DNA of 16,510 nt, taken from the NCBI GenBank assembly GCA_046861395.1, contig JBHHUC010000050.1, positions 1-16,510 on the forward strand, given 5' to 3'. Under the pieces are notes generated by a model that worked only from the letters and a program-made list of their open reading frames with translations, was not told the DNA's origin and made no database searches. The translations under genes were made by a program, and so were the position numbers. The stretch's first letter is position 1. Every line of letters starts with the position of its first letter. The DNA is from Fidelibacterota bacterium. Lineage in GTDB: Bacteria > Fidelibacterota > Marinisomatia > Marinisomatales > JABMOV01. This document shows, one piece after another, positions 1 through 8,185 of this stretch.

Positions 1-2
1 AG

Positions 3-2690
3 GCTTCACTGAAGGAATTGGAAGAGATACAATCTGAATTGCAGACACTGGAATCGGAACGGGATCAATTCCAACAGAACAATCTGGTGTGGAACGAACA
101 AATTCGTTCGGCGGAAGCAGCAATCGGACGACTTGAACATGAAACTGTTACCAATAAGAGTAAACAGGAATCCCTAAACGTACATATCAAGGATTATCAG
201 AAGGCTCTCTCCGATCTGGAACCCCGAATTGAAGAAAAACTGGAATATTACAAGCAGAAAAGGGAAGCCTTCACCCATGTGGAAAAATCTTATCAGGAGG
301 CAAAAGAAAACTTAGAGCGTATTCAGTCCATGCACTGGGACGTACAACGGAAAGCGGCTGATAAACAGTCCCTTATTCAGCGGACCCGGTCTATGATGGA
401 AGAAAAGCAGAAGACAATCCGACAACTGGAAGAAGGAATTGCATCCCTTGAACAATCTCAGGAAGATCTGGCCGCCGACCAGAAAATCTTTGAAAAACAG
501 AAAACTGAAATCGCTGAGAAAATAGAAACGCTGAACAAGAGTATCAAAGATCAGGAAAAAATATTAGATCTAAATCAGAAAAATCGTCATAACCTGACAT
601 TGAAACATCACAGCACCATTACTCAGGTTGAAACGCTGGAAAGCCAGCTCCAGTTTTATCGGGAATTGTTAATGACTGGTGAAGGATATCCCAGCGGGGT
701 CAAACATGTGCTGAATCATCCGGACCAGTATCCGGAGGTGATTGGAACAATCGCTGATCTGTTTACCGTTTCCGATGAATACCGCCTAGCCATTGAAACG
801 GCTCTGGGAGAAATTGTGAATGTATTGGTTGTCCGTACGCGTTCCGATGCCCTGGCGGTGCTGGAACGGGTTACCCGGGAGAAATCCGGCCAGGTCATGA
901 TTCTACATTATGAGGGATTGCCGGAACAGAAGCCATTGCCAGCACCCTCCGGTCAGGTAGGGGAAGCCGCCAGTCAGATTGTCACCGTCAGGGAAGAATT
1001 GCAACCGCTGGTTTCCTATTTACTGGGCAATATTTGGATTGTACCATCGCTGGAAAAAATGGATCCACCGGACGGGTTTACCCTGGTGGATCATGATGGG
1101 ATGTATTCCGGCAGTAATTATATTCTGAAGAATAAACGTGAATCCAGCCAAGGAATCATTGTGGGACGTAAGGAGAAAATTGCCGAACTGGATAAGGAAA
1201 TATCACGTTTGGTGGCGGTGAGTGAGGACATTAAGAATCAGTTGGATCGGGCCGATGCAGAAATTGAAGCATTGGGCGGCGAAATGGAAGAATTATCCCT
1301 GGAAGTGGGCTCCCTGATCGATGAACAATCCGGCCTGGAAACGGAAATTATCCGCAACCATTATCAGCAAAGCCAGACATTGGAGAAATTACAGGAGCAG
1401 AATCAGCGGATTACGGAACTGCGGAAAGAAATCATTGAATTATCCAAATCTCTGGATGTGCTGGAACCTCAATTGAAAGATGAGGAAGTACGCCTCAATA
1501 ATCTGGCGGAGAAGCAAAACGAGGCCCAAGATGAATTGGTTCGGGCGCAACAGGCGCGGGATAATTTTCAACAAGAAATGCAGGAAATTCGGATTGAATT
1601 GCTTAATCTGGAGAACCAGCGTGATAATCTTGAATTCCAACGGCAGACAGCTCAGGATACTTTACAGGAATTGACAGACCGATTTAATAAAATCGAACAG
1701 GAAATTATTGATTTTCAGGATCGGATTAAAGACCTGACAAAAAAGATTCAGGAAAACCAGGAGCGGTTGACCAAAGTGGAAGGTCGGATTACAAAACAGC
1801 GATCTCTGTATGAATTGAAACGTGACACCAACAATGAAAATTTCCGCCAAATCGAAACTCTGGAGAGCCAGATCAGGAACGAACAGCATAGTCGTGAGGA
1901 ATTGTTGGAGGAATTAAAGCAGGCTGAATTGCGTCTGGCCGATTATCAACAGAATAAAAGTATAATTATGGCACGTATCAGGGACCGTTATCAGGCCACC
2001 CTGCCGGAGCACTTGCCCGATGATATTGTTCGGGATGATCAAACTATGGATGACTTGGAAATGTCAATCCAGCGAATTGAACGCAGCATTGAAAATATTG
2101 GTCCGATCAATATGGCCGTTCAGCAGGAATACGACGAAGAAAAGGAAAGGTTGGACTTGTTGCGGGAACAGCGGGATGATTTAATCCAATCGGAAGAGAA
2201 TCTGCGGGAAACCATTCAGAAAATTGATCGTGTCGCCCGTCAGAAATTCCGGGAAACATTTCTACGCATTAAGGAAAATTTCGAAAAATTATTTGTCATG
2301 TTTTTCGAAGGTGGAAAAGGCAGCATTGCCATGGTGGGAGACCCGGACCCCCTGGATTCAGATATTGCTATTTATGCCCAACCACCCGGGAAACGCAATC
2401 AATCCATCCGGTTGCTTTCAGCGGGAGAAAAGGCCCTGACAGCCATTGCTCTGCTCTTTGCCATTTACCAGGTGAAACCCAGCCCGTATTGCATCCTGGA
2501 TGAGGTGGATGCTCCGCTGGATGATACCAATATTCACAAATTCACCCGCGTTTTGCACAAATTTTCCGATGCGACCCAGTTTATTGTCGTGACGCACAAT
2601 AAACTGACCATGGAAGCCGCCGATTACATGTATGGCGTGACCATGGAACAGAAGGGCGTATCAAAACTGGTATCGGTAAAATTTAATTAA
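3..2690 (+). CDS. smc: Chromosome segregation protein SMC (5'-truncated; N-terminal head lies upstream of the window)
   Basis: The frame is open from nt 3, so the TTG at 18 is not the true start. Long coiled coils flank a hinge region (IGTIADLF...AIETALG). The C-terminal ABC head has GPINMAV, QPPGK, signature LSAGEK, Walker B/D-loop YCILDEVDAPLD, H-loop VVTH and the GVTMEQKGVS tail. Confidence 0.96.
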   Translation, partial: ASLKELEEIQSELQTLESERDQFQQNNLVWNEQIRSAEAAIGRLEHETVTNKSKQESLNVHIKDYQKALSDLEPRIEEKLEYYKQKREAFTHVEKSYQEAKENLERIQSMHWDVQRKAADKQSLIQRTRSMMEEKQKTIRQLEEGIASLEQSQEDLAADQKIFEKQKTEIAEKIETLNKSIKDQEKILDLNQKNRHNLTLKHHSTITQVETLESQLQFYRELLMTGEGYPSGVKHVLNHPDQYPEVIGTIADLFTVSDEYRLAIETALGEIVNVLVVRTRSDALAVLERVTREKSGQVMILHYEGLPEQKPLPAPSGQVGEAASQIVTVREELQPLVSYLLGNIWIVPSLEKMDPPDGFTLVDHDGMYSGSNYILKNKRESSQGIIVGRKEKIAELDKEISRLVAVSEDIKNQLDRADAEIEALGGEMEELSLEVGSLIDEQSGLETEIIRNHYQQSQTLEKLQEQNQRITELRKEIIELSKSLDVLEPQLKDEEVRLNNLAEKQNEAQDELVRAQQARDNFQQEMQEIRIELLNLENQRDNLEFQRQTAQDTLQELTDRFNKIEQEIIDFQDRIKDLTKKIQENQERLTKVEGRITKQRSLYELKRDTNNENFRQIETLESQIRNEQHSREELLEELKQAELRLADYQQNKSIIMARIRDRYQATLPEHLPDDIVRDDQTMDDLEMSIQRIERSIENIGPINMAVQQEYDEEKERLDLLREQRDDLIQSEENLRETIQKIDRVARQKFRETFLRIKENFEKLFVMFFEGGKGSIAMVGDPDPLDSDIAIYAQPPGKRNQSIRLLSAGEKALTAIALLFAIYQVKPSPYCILDEVDAPLDDTNIHKFTRVLHKFSDATQFIVVTHNKLTMEAADYMYGVTMEQKGVSKLVSVKFN

Positions 2691-3426
2691 CTCCTTCCGC
2701 GCCGAAGCAGTCTGTCCTATTAAAAGTGTATTTTCCCGGTTGTAACGGCTGCTGCCGCTGACCTGCCAGGAATCGTTCTGCCGTATTGGACCCCAGAAGA
2801 TGCACGGTTCCACCCCGGACCTGAAGGGCGGAACCTTCCGGCAGACCGATGATGAGCCGGGAAGGATGTAAGGTTGAGAATTCAATCAAACGATCAGATC
2901 GGGATTCGCCGCCGTGATGGGGCAGTGTTTCATCCGTGTAGTGAACATTTAACTGAAACGGTACCAGATTAAGGCTCTGCAATGACGGCAAATCCCTGAC
3001 CGGCATGTCGTTGGTCGTTTGGATGGTAGGGCAGGCCACATTACTGCCGGCACTCCAGCCTAGATAAGGTATTCCATCGTTGACCACCTCGCGAATAAGA
3101 GGAAGAAGATACAATTTGGTTAAATGATACAATAAGTTAAATGTATTCCCTCCGCCGACGATGATACCGTCTGTGTTCCGAATGGCCTGGCGATAATCAT
3201 CGGCCTCATGCAGGGAATTTACTGAAATACCGTATGCACGGAAGGTCGTACGGACCAGGTCGGCATAATCGTCCCAGGGATAGGTGACGCTGGCAAATGG
3301 AATAAAAAGAAGAGATCCGGAGGTGGGGAAATGAGCCCGGATGTGGTCTTCGGCCCAGGCCAGAAATTTTTCCTTTGGTTTTCTGGAATTACTTAAAAGG
3401 AGGAGCTGAAACGGAGAGGCGATCAA
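2683..3426 (-). CDS. pepE: Dipeptidase E (alpha-aspartyl dipeptidase, peptidase S51)
   Basis: Motifs LLLLSNS, LFIPFA, VGGGNTF, nucleophile GWSAGSN, TIQTTNDMP, NVHY and HGGESR..RL.EF. Start uncertain: TTG at 3426 overlapping the upstream TGA is preferred, while the ORF track uses TTG 3435. Confidence 0.93.
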   Translation of the reverse strand: MIASPFQLLLLSNSRKPKEKFLAWAEDHIRAHFPTSGSLLFIPFASVTYPWDDYADLVRTTFRAYGISVNSLHEADDYRQAIRNTDGIIVGGGNTFNLLYHLTKLYLLPLIREVVNDGIPYLGWSAGSNVACPTIQTTNDMPVRDLPSLQSLNLVPFQLNVHYTDETLPHHGGESRSDRLIEFSTLHPSRLIIGLPEGSALQVRGGTVHLLGSNTAERFLAGQRQQPLQPGKYTFNRTDCFGAEGVN

Positions 3427-3677
3427 TGATTGCAAATGTTCTGCCGTACCGGAAATATATGATTATCATTAATGACAATTTTCTGTCGGGCAGTGAAGAA
3501 TTGCAGTATCTGGGTTGTGTCGAAAAGACGACCGGAACAATTTGTGAAACGGATTTCCGGTCCAAATCTTTTTTCAATTTCATCTCGCAGTGATTCCGGT
3601 GTAAAACCGCCGGGATTTTGCACAATAAGGTCAAGAATTGCATGGGCGTGTAGTGGTTGTGTCATGGTATCAGTCAT
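3423..3677 (-). CDS. yecH: YecH family (DUF2492) putative metal-binding protein
   Basis: HAHAIL...L...IEKRFG...RFTNCS...F..RQK...ICNH follows the YecH pattern (HGH..L; RFG...RFHTCS; C-terminal IC.H). ATG 3677 has an AAGGA SD 7 nt upstream; alternative ATG at 3665. Confidence 0.85.
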   Translation of the reverse strand: MTDTMTQPLHAHAILDLIVQNPGGFTPESLRDEIEKRFGPEIRFTNCSGRLFDTTQILQFFTARQKIVINDNHIFPVRQNICNH

Positions 3678-3703
3678 TTGGTATTCCTTTTTATTTATCA
3701 AAC

Positions 3704-4285
3704 TTACGAAAATTTCAGTGATTTAATATGCTGGTAAAAGGTGGACAGGGGAAACCCAACCACATTATAGAAACATCCTTCAATTCGGGTTACACAGACC
3801 GAGAACCAGTCCTGGATTCCATAACTCCCGGCTTTATCGAAAGGAGTGTAGTGCCGGATATAATAGTCGATTTCCGTCGGAGACAAATTCGCGAAGGTCA
3901 CCCGCGTATTTTCCATGAAAACATCTTCAATTTTATACTGTGGTGCAAGCAATGCGACAGCCGTCATAACGGTGTGTGTTTTCCCTGACAGCATCGTCAG
4001 CATGTCGCGGCTGTCAGCGGCATTTTTCGGTTTGCCCAGGATTTCATCCTTCAGGACCACGATGGTATCCGCTCCGATAACAAGATGACCGGGATATGAG
4101 GATGCAACTGTTCGGGCTTTTTCTGCCGCAAAGTAACAAGCGAATTCCGCAGGTGGAAGGTCCAGAGAAAAATCTTCATCAACATCGGAAACAACAACGG
4201 TAAAGGGAAATCCGATCTGATTCAGCAGACTTTTCCGGCGAGGGGAGCCGGAGGCCAGAATGACTGGTGGTAGATTAGAAAACAT
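3704..4285 (-). CDS. maf: Maf family nucleoside triphosphate pyrophosphatase, YhdE subtype (dTTP/UTP)
   Basis: Motifs ILASGSPRR, DVDE, EKA, IGADTIV, LGKP, DKAGSYGIQ and NVVGFP. The R/T/Q subtype residues match YhdE. Start overlaps the upstream stop (TAATG). Confidence 0.95.
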   Translation of the reverse strand: MFSNLPPVILASGSPRRKSLLNQIGFPFTVVVSDVDEDFSLDLPPAEFACYFAAEKARTVASSYPGHLVIGADTIVVLKDEILGKPKNAADSRDMLTMLSGKTHTVMTAVALLAPQYKIEDVFMENTRVTFANLSPTEIDYYIRHYTPFDKAGSYGIQDWFSVCVTRIEGCFYNVVGFPLSTFYQHIKSLKFS

Positions 4286-7200
4286 TACTGAAATTTCGCA
4301 CAGCGTCCGATTTCGGACACGGCTTTTTGTGCTCCTTTGGCCTTGATTTGATAAAGATAGGTCCCATTGGCAATATTATCCCCGAATTCGTCCTGGCCAT
4401 CCCAATTGATAAAGTGATACCCGGCTTCAAAGTATTCTTCATCGATATGCATGATCCGTCGTCCACTTAACGTGAAAATAGTTATACTCACATCCGCCGC
4501 CGCCGTGATTTCGAAAGTGAATTGTGTGTCATCGGAAAACGGATTGGGATAATTATACACCTGATGCAAACGCAATACCGCATCTTCCGTCATGACCAGA
4601 CGTATGATCGCCTCGGAGGGATTGTTGGCGCTGTCCCAGGCTTTTACCGTTAGTTCAAGGTTATCCATATTGACTTCAGGCTCAAATTTAAGATATCCCT
4701 TTGTAATGCTGTTGGGGTTATACACGAAGCGGTCTGTTACATTGATTTGCTGTCCGGAAGACATGTCGGTTACAGTGATTTCATGACCGATATCGTTGGT
4801 CAAATTAATTCCAATAGGGTCTTCCAATTGTATGATCAGAGAACGGGATTTATTGAAATGATCACCGCTATAGAGTGGGGAAAACGTGTCATCCCAAAAT
4901 GAAATGATGGGACCTTCATTATCCTGTACGAAGCCACCCCCGCGAATGGGAATATTGGAGTAATAGCCGATCGCTTCCCTCGGAGGATTATTCCCGGCGA
5001 TAAGATAGACCGACAAACGACCGGGAGTCGTGGAATAACTGAAATCATTGGGCAGGCGCAAACGAGCAGAGAATTGATTACCCAGATAGGAAAACTGACC
5101 CCGAAACAGGGTGGCACCGGGCAGGGTGTACGACAGGGTTTGTTCGGTGGCCAGGAAGGTATACTGGCGTGTGACTTCCCGGTCGGCATCTTTCAGTACG
5201 ACATAGCCAATACCTTCACTTCCCAGGGACTGATGTCCGGTGACACGGGCTGTATCCAGGGTGCGCAAAGTATCCGGAACTATTTGACTAATGGTAACCG
5301 TATCAGCCGGGATGGGCAAGGGTGAAGCAGGATCTCCGAAAAGTTGAAAATATTCACCACTGGTGTTGCCTGTTTTGGCACTGAGCAGGATATGACCGAT
5401 GGGAAGGTCGGTTACGCGATTATTGGGGAATAAGGCCTGAAAAATCTGTTCTTCATAAAATTCATTACTGGAAACGGAAATGGGTCGTGTGGTTGTAATA
5501 ATGCCGAAAGCTCCGTCATTGGGCAAACGAATGATGTCTTCCGAAAACGCTTCTGCATCCAGGTCGTCAAAATGTCCCCAGGAACACGTTCCGGCGATCC
5601 ACAACGGCAATTTCATTCCGCTATCGATGAGATCCAAATCTCTGTCCTGTAAAAAAAGGTTTTCCTGAGCCCATTGGTGGGCACTGCCATGTCCGATATA
5701 GTTAATAATGGCTGTTCCCTGTTCCACATAATCCAGTAATGCTGCCGTGGCTTCCGGTTTAACGACACCAAACGTGGACGCATTACTGACTTCGGGATAT
5801 TCCATCATGTACAATTTCTGAATGGAAATACCCGGCGCCACTTGGGCAGCAATATTTTCGGAATTTCGAGAGTGGCTCTTTCCAATTCCCACTTCGCCCA
5901 GCGTCTTTTCCGGCCGGGCAGCATCATCCGCCACCAGGGTTACCCGGGTGCGCCAGATTCCCAGCTCCGGCTCTGTTTCATAGGAAATGATTTTCTGGAC
6001 GAAATTGACGACATCCTGTTCGGAATGGGCAGGATAACGGCCAATGGCCAGCTCTGGAATTTTCCCGTGAATACTGGCAAACCGGTCATCTGTTGCATGA
6101 GAAAAAGATTCTCCCACTTCAATCGTGGGAACAATGGTTTTCGATCGTCCGGTCATATTGCGGTAATCATAATCGGCGTCACCCAGAAAAAGCACATATT
6201 CCGGTGATAAACCGGTCCAGTTTTCCATGGCCCATTGAATGAGGCTGTGGATGGCAAAGGGATCTGGATTACCACCGCTGAATTCCTGGTAAATGTCTTC
6301 CAGGGCTGCGTATCGCGATGAAACGCGATGCTGTCGTAACGGTTCGGCAGCTGCCCGAAAGGCTTCCGGACCAACGATAAGGTGTTTCACTCCAGACTCT
6401 TGATTGCGTAGCGTATTAAAGGAAAGTTGTCCTTCATTGACGAGGGTATTAATTACAGGAATGTCATCCGGTGTAAAGACGACAAAATGGTGGAGTGTGT
6501 CGACCTTGCTGAGATAGGAAAAGGTCTTGGCCAGGGAAAGGGAATATCGTACCGGCTCAAAAAGATTGGTCACATCCCAAATTTCCGGATTTTGATTGGT
6601 GTTGAATTCAAACTGAAATTCGCCGGAATGGCTGGGGGCGTAGAACTGGTATGGTTCGCCGGAATAATCCAGAGTTCGGGCATAATCAAATGTGAAATAA
6701 TCAAAATAGGGTTGCGATATGGCACTGGATGCATTGTTCGTTAAAAAGAATTGATTGAGACCATTGGCAAAAGCGGTAACATCAACGGTTCCGGTAGTGG
6801 TTCTTCGGCCGGTCCCGGAATATATGATGCTGGTCAGGGGAGTGCCGGTCGTGTTCAACGCATACAATCGTAATGAATGTGTTGGTAGAGGAATCGACGA
6901 GCCGCTATAGCCCCCGAATACCACCAAGCGGAAATGCCCCGGGATGGTTGGTTTTATTCCCGTGGTTCTTACTGTTATGGGATAGGTAGAATTCTTCAGG
7001 ATAGTGGGACCAACCCAGACCAGGCCGGAAGCATATTGATTTGTGAGATCATATTCAACATGTTGGAATACGGTACCATAATCCAACGATACGGGATTTT
7101 GAGGTTCATAGGTATTCAGAGCCACTCTTTTTCCTGGCGTCGTGGCTTCCAAGGGAATGAATATCCAGTATTTATTGGTCAGATAATAGACATTTTGGTT

Positions 7201-8052
7201 GTATGTGACACCGGATGTTTTGTAATCGAATCCTGATGCTCCTTGGCCATAGAAAATCAGTTTATCATTGGCGTCCAAGACCGCATCCCCGTTTCCCGAT
7301 ATACGAATCGCACATTCCACTAGATTTTCCGGTACCGGCTGGTAAAGATTGGTGTTGTTGAATCGACCGAGGAAAGGTCGCATCCGATCTCTACCGCCAG
7401 AGGAATGGGTATATAATCGGATTTGATCAACGGCTATATCGGTAGTATTTGTCAGTGTGCTAAGAATCAATTCTCCAGGAATGGCATATGTTCCGTCTTC
7501 CGAAATTTCGAATAATAGCCAGTTCCCTGCCGGAAAGTCTTCCTGCCGCATTACTCTTTTTTGGGACGAGGAAGGTTCAGGTTGGATCCAGTGCCGTGCG
7601 ACATTCCAGTTCAACACCCTGGTTTTCAACAATTGGGACGTTGATACAGAAGCGGTACGGAGAGGAAAATCTACCGCATCAAAGGGAATGGTAATTATAA
7701 TTTTTCCGGCGATTGTGGAAGATGATAAAATGGGTGATATTTCCAGGGAACCGGTCATTAATCCCTGAAGTGATTGATGATTGGTCCAGCGTATGCCTGA
7801 GCGGGAAATACTGGAATCGATTTCGGTGACGGAAAGGATTTCGAGGAAGGTTGTCTGGACTCTGGGCAAGTCACGGGTTGGTAAACCAATCAGGACAGTA
7901 AAGGGACGAATATCATCCTGTGTTTCATAAACGGTCGTGACCTGGAATACTAGTTCTGAAGCGGTGGATCGTAAAAGGGAAATACGCCCTTGATCGGCAT
8001 GGAGCAACCCGATGGTCCAGAAGAGTAATAGCGCAGTAAACCAATTTTTCAT
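4285..8052 (-). CDS. porU: Type IX secretion system sortase PorU-like protein (peptidase C25) with C-terminal FlgD-Ig/CTD-like domain
   Basis: Signal peptide (MKNWF...LLHA), IYQEFSGG, YVLFLGDADYDYRN, DDRF, IGRYP, catalytic YIGHG and GTCSWG.FD, LFGDP, DNEGP.I, D..GIN...IGH.I, KAWDSANN, and C-terminal VYNYPNPF...WDG.D..G..IANGTYLY. Length of 1255 aa is typical of PorU. Confidence 0.88.
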   Translation of the reverse strand: MKNWFTALLLFWTIGLLHADQGRISLLRSTASELVFQVTTVYETQDDIRPFTVLIGLPTRDLPRVQTTFLEILSVTEIDSSISRSGIRWTNHQSLQGLMTGSLEISPILSSSTIAGKIIITIPFDAVDFPLRTASVSTSQLLKTRVLNWNVARHWIQPEPSSSQKRVMRQEDFPAGNWLLFEISEDGTYAIPGELILSTLTNTTDIAVDQIRLYTHSSGGRDRMRPFLGRFNNTNLYQPVPENLVECAIRISGNGDAVLDANDKLIFYGQGASGFDYKTSGVTYNQNVYYLTNKYWIFIPLEATTPGKRVALNTYEPQNPVSLDYGTVFQHVEYDLTNQYASGLVWVGPTILKNSTYPITVRTTGIKPTIPGHFRLVVFGGYSGSSIPLPTHSLRLYALNTTGTPLTSIIYSGTGRRTTTGTVDVTAFANGLNQFFLTNNASSAISQPYFDYFTFDYARTLDYSGEPYQFYAPSHSGEFQFEFNTNQNPEIWDVTNLFEPVRYSLSLAKTFSYLSKVDTLHHFVVFTPDDIPVINTLVNEGQLSFNTLRNQESGVKHLIVGPEAFRAAAEPLRQHRVSSRYAALEDIYQEFSGGNPDPFAIHSLIQWAMENWTGLSPEYVLFLGDADYDYRNMTGRSKTIVPTIEVGESFSHATDDRFASIHGKIPELAIGRYPAHSEQDVVNFVQKIISYETEPELGIWRTRVTLVADDAARPEKTLGEVGIGKSHSRNSENIAAQVAPGISIQKLYMMEYPEVSNASTFGVVKPEATAALLDYVEQGTAIINYIGHGSAHQWAQENLFLQDRDLDLIDSGMKLPLWIAGTCSWGHFDDLDAEAFSEDIIRLPNDGAFGIITTTRPISVSSNEFYEEQIFQALFPNNRVTDLPIGHILLSAKTGNTSGEYFQLFGDPASPLPIPADTVTISQIVPDTLRTLDTARVTGHQSLGSEGIGYVVLKDADREVTRQYTFLATEQTLSYTLPGATLFRGQFSYLGNQFSARLRLPNDFSYSTTPGRLSVYLIAGNNPPREAIGYYSNIPIRGGGFVQDNEGPIISFWDDTFSPLYSGDHFNKSRSLIIQLEDPIGINLTNDIGHEITVTDMSSGQQINVTDRFVYNPNSITKGYLKFEPEVNMDNLELTVKAWDSANNPSEAIIRLVMTEDAVLRLHQVYNYPNPFSDDTQFTFEITAAADVSITIFTLSGRRIMHIDEEYFEAGYHFINWDGQDEFGDNIANGTYLYQIKAKGAQKAVSEIGRCAKFQ

Positions 8053-8060
8053 GGGAGGTA

Positions 8061-8088
8061 AATATACAGCCGGGGACGACTTAGTCGA
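8061..8088 (-). promoter_or_regulatory. Candidate promoter for the porU cluster (-10 TATATT at 8066-8061; weak -35 TCGACT at 8088-8083)
   Basis: Minus strand reads GCTG TATATT TACCTCCC ATG; the -10-like box lies 8 nt before the ATG and there is no SD. Confidence 0.35.
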
Positions 8089-8176
8089 TTGGATTGATGT
8101 TCACGGTATGAGTAATTTTTCGCTTAGAAATAAATACGATACTGTAGTGTTGTAGTTCCGTCAAAGTTTTAAGATT

Positions 8177-8181
8177 GAGGA
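8177..8181 (+). promoter_or_regulatory. Shine-Dalgarno site of aconitase
   Basis: GAGGA 4 nt upstream of ATG 8186. Confidence 0.6.
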
Positions 8182-8185
8182 AAAC

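Noticed and set aside
18..20. TTG as the smc start
   Set aside because: The frame is open to the window edge and the Walker A head is absent, so this is truncation by the window, not a short SMC or pseudogene.
1150..2250. Repetitive GAA/CAG-rich sequence
   Set aside because: Explained by Glu/Gln-rich coiled-coil coding; no discrete DNA repeat.
3375..3726. Several overlapping short ORFs around yecH
   Set aside because: Only the yecH frame has a family motif and an SD; the others look like shadow ORFs.
4592..7768. Plus-strand and alternate-frame ORFs (62-121 aa) within porU
   Set aside because: They lie inside a well-supported CDS and show no recognisable motifs.
8141..8156. IRE-like element upstream of aconitase (UAGUGU within a TGTAGT direct repeat)
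   Set aside because: The loop is not CAGUGN, the stem is weak and G-U rich, and there is no bulged C; insufficient support.
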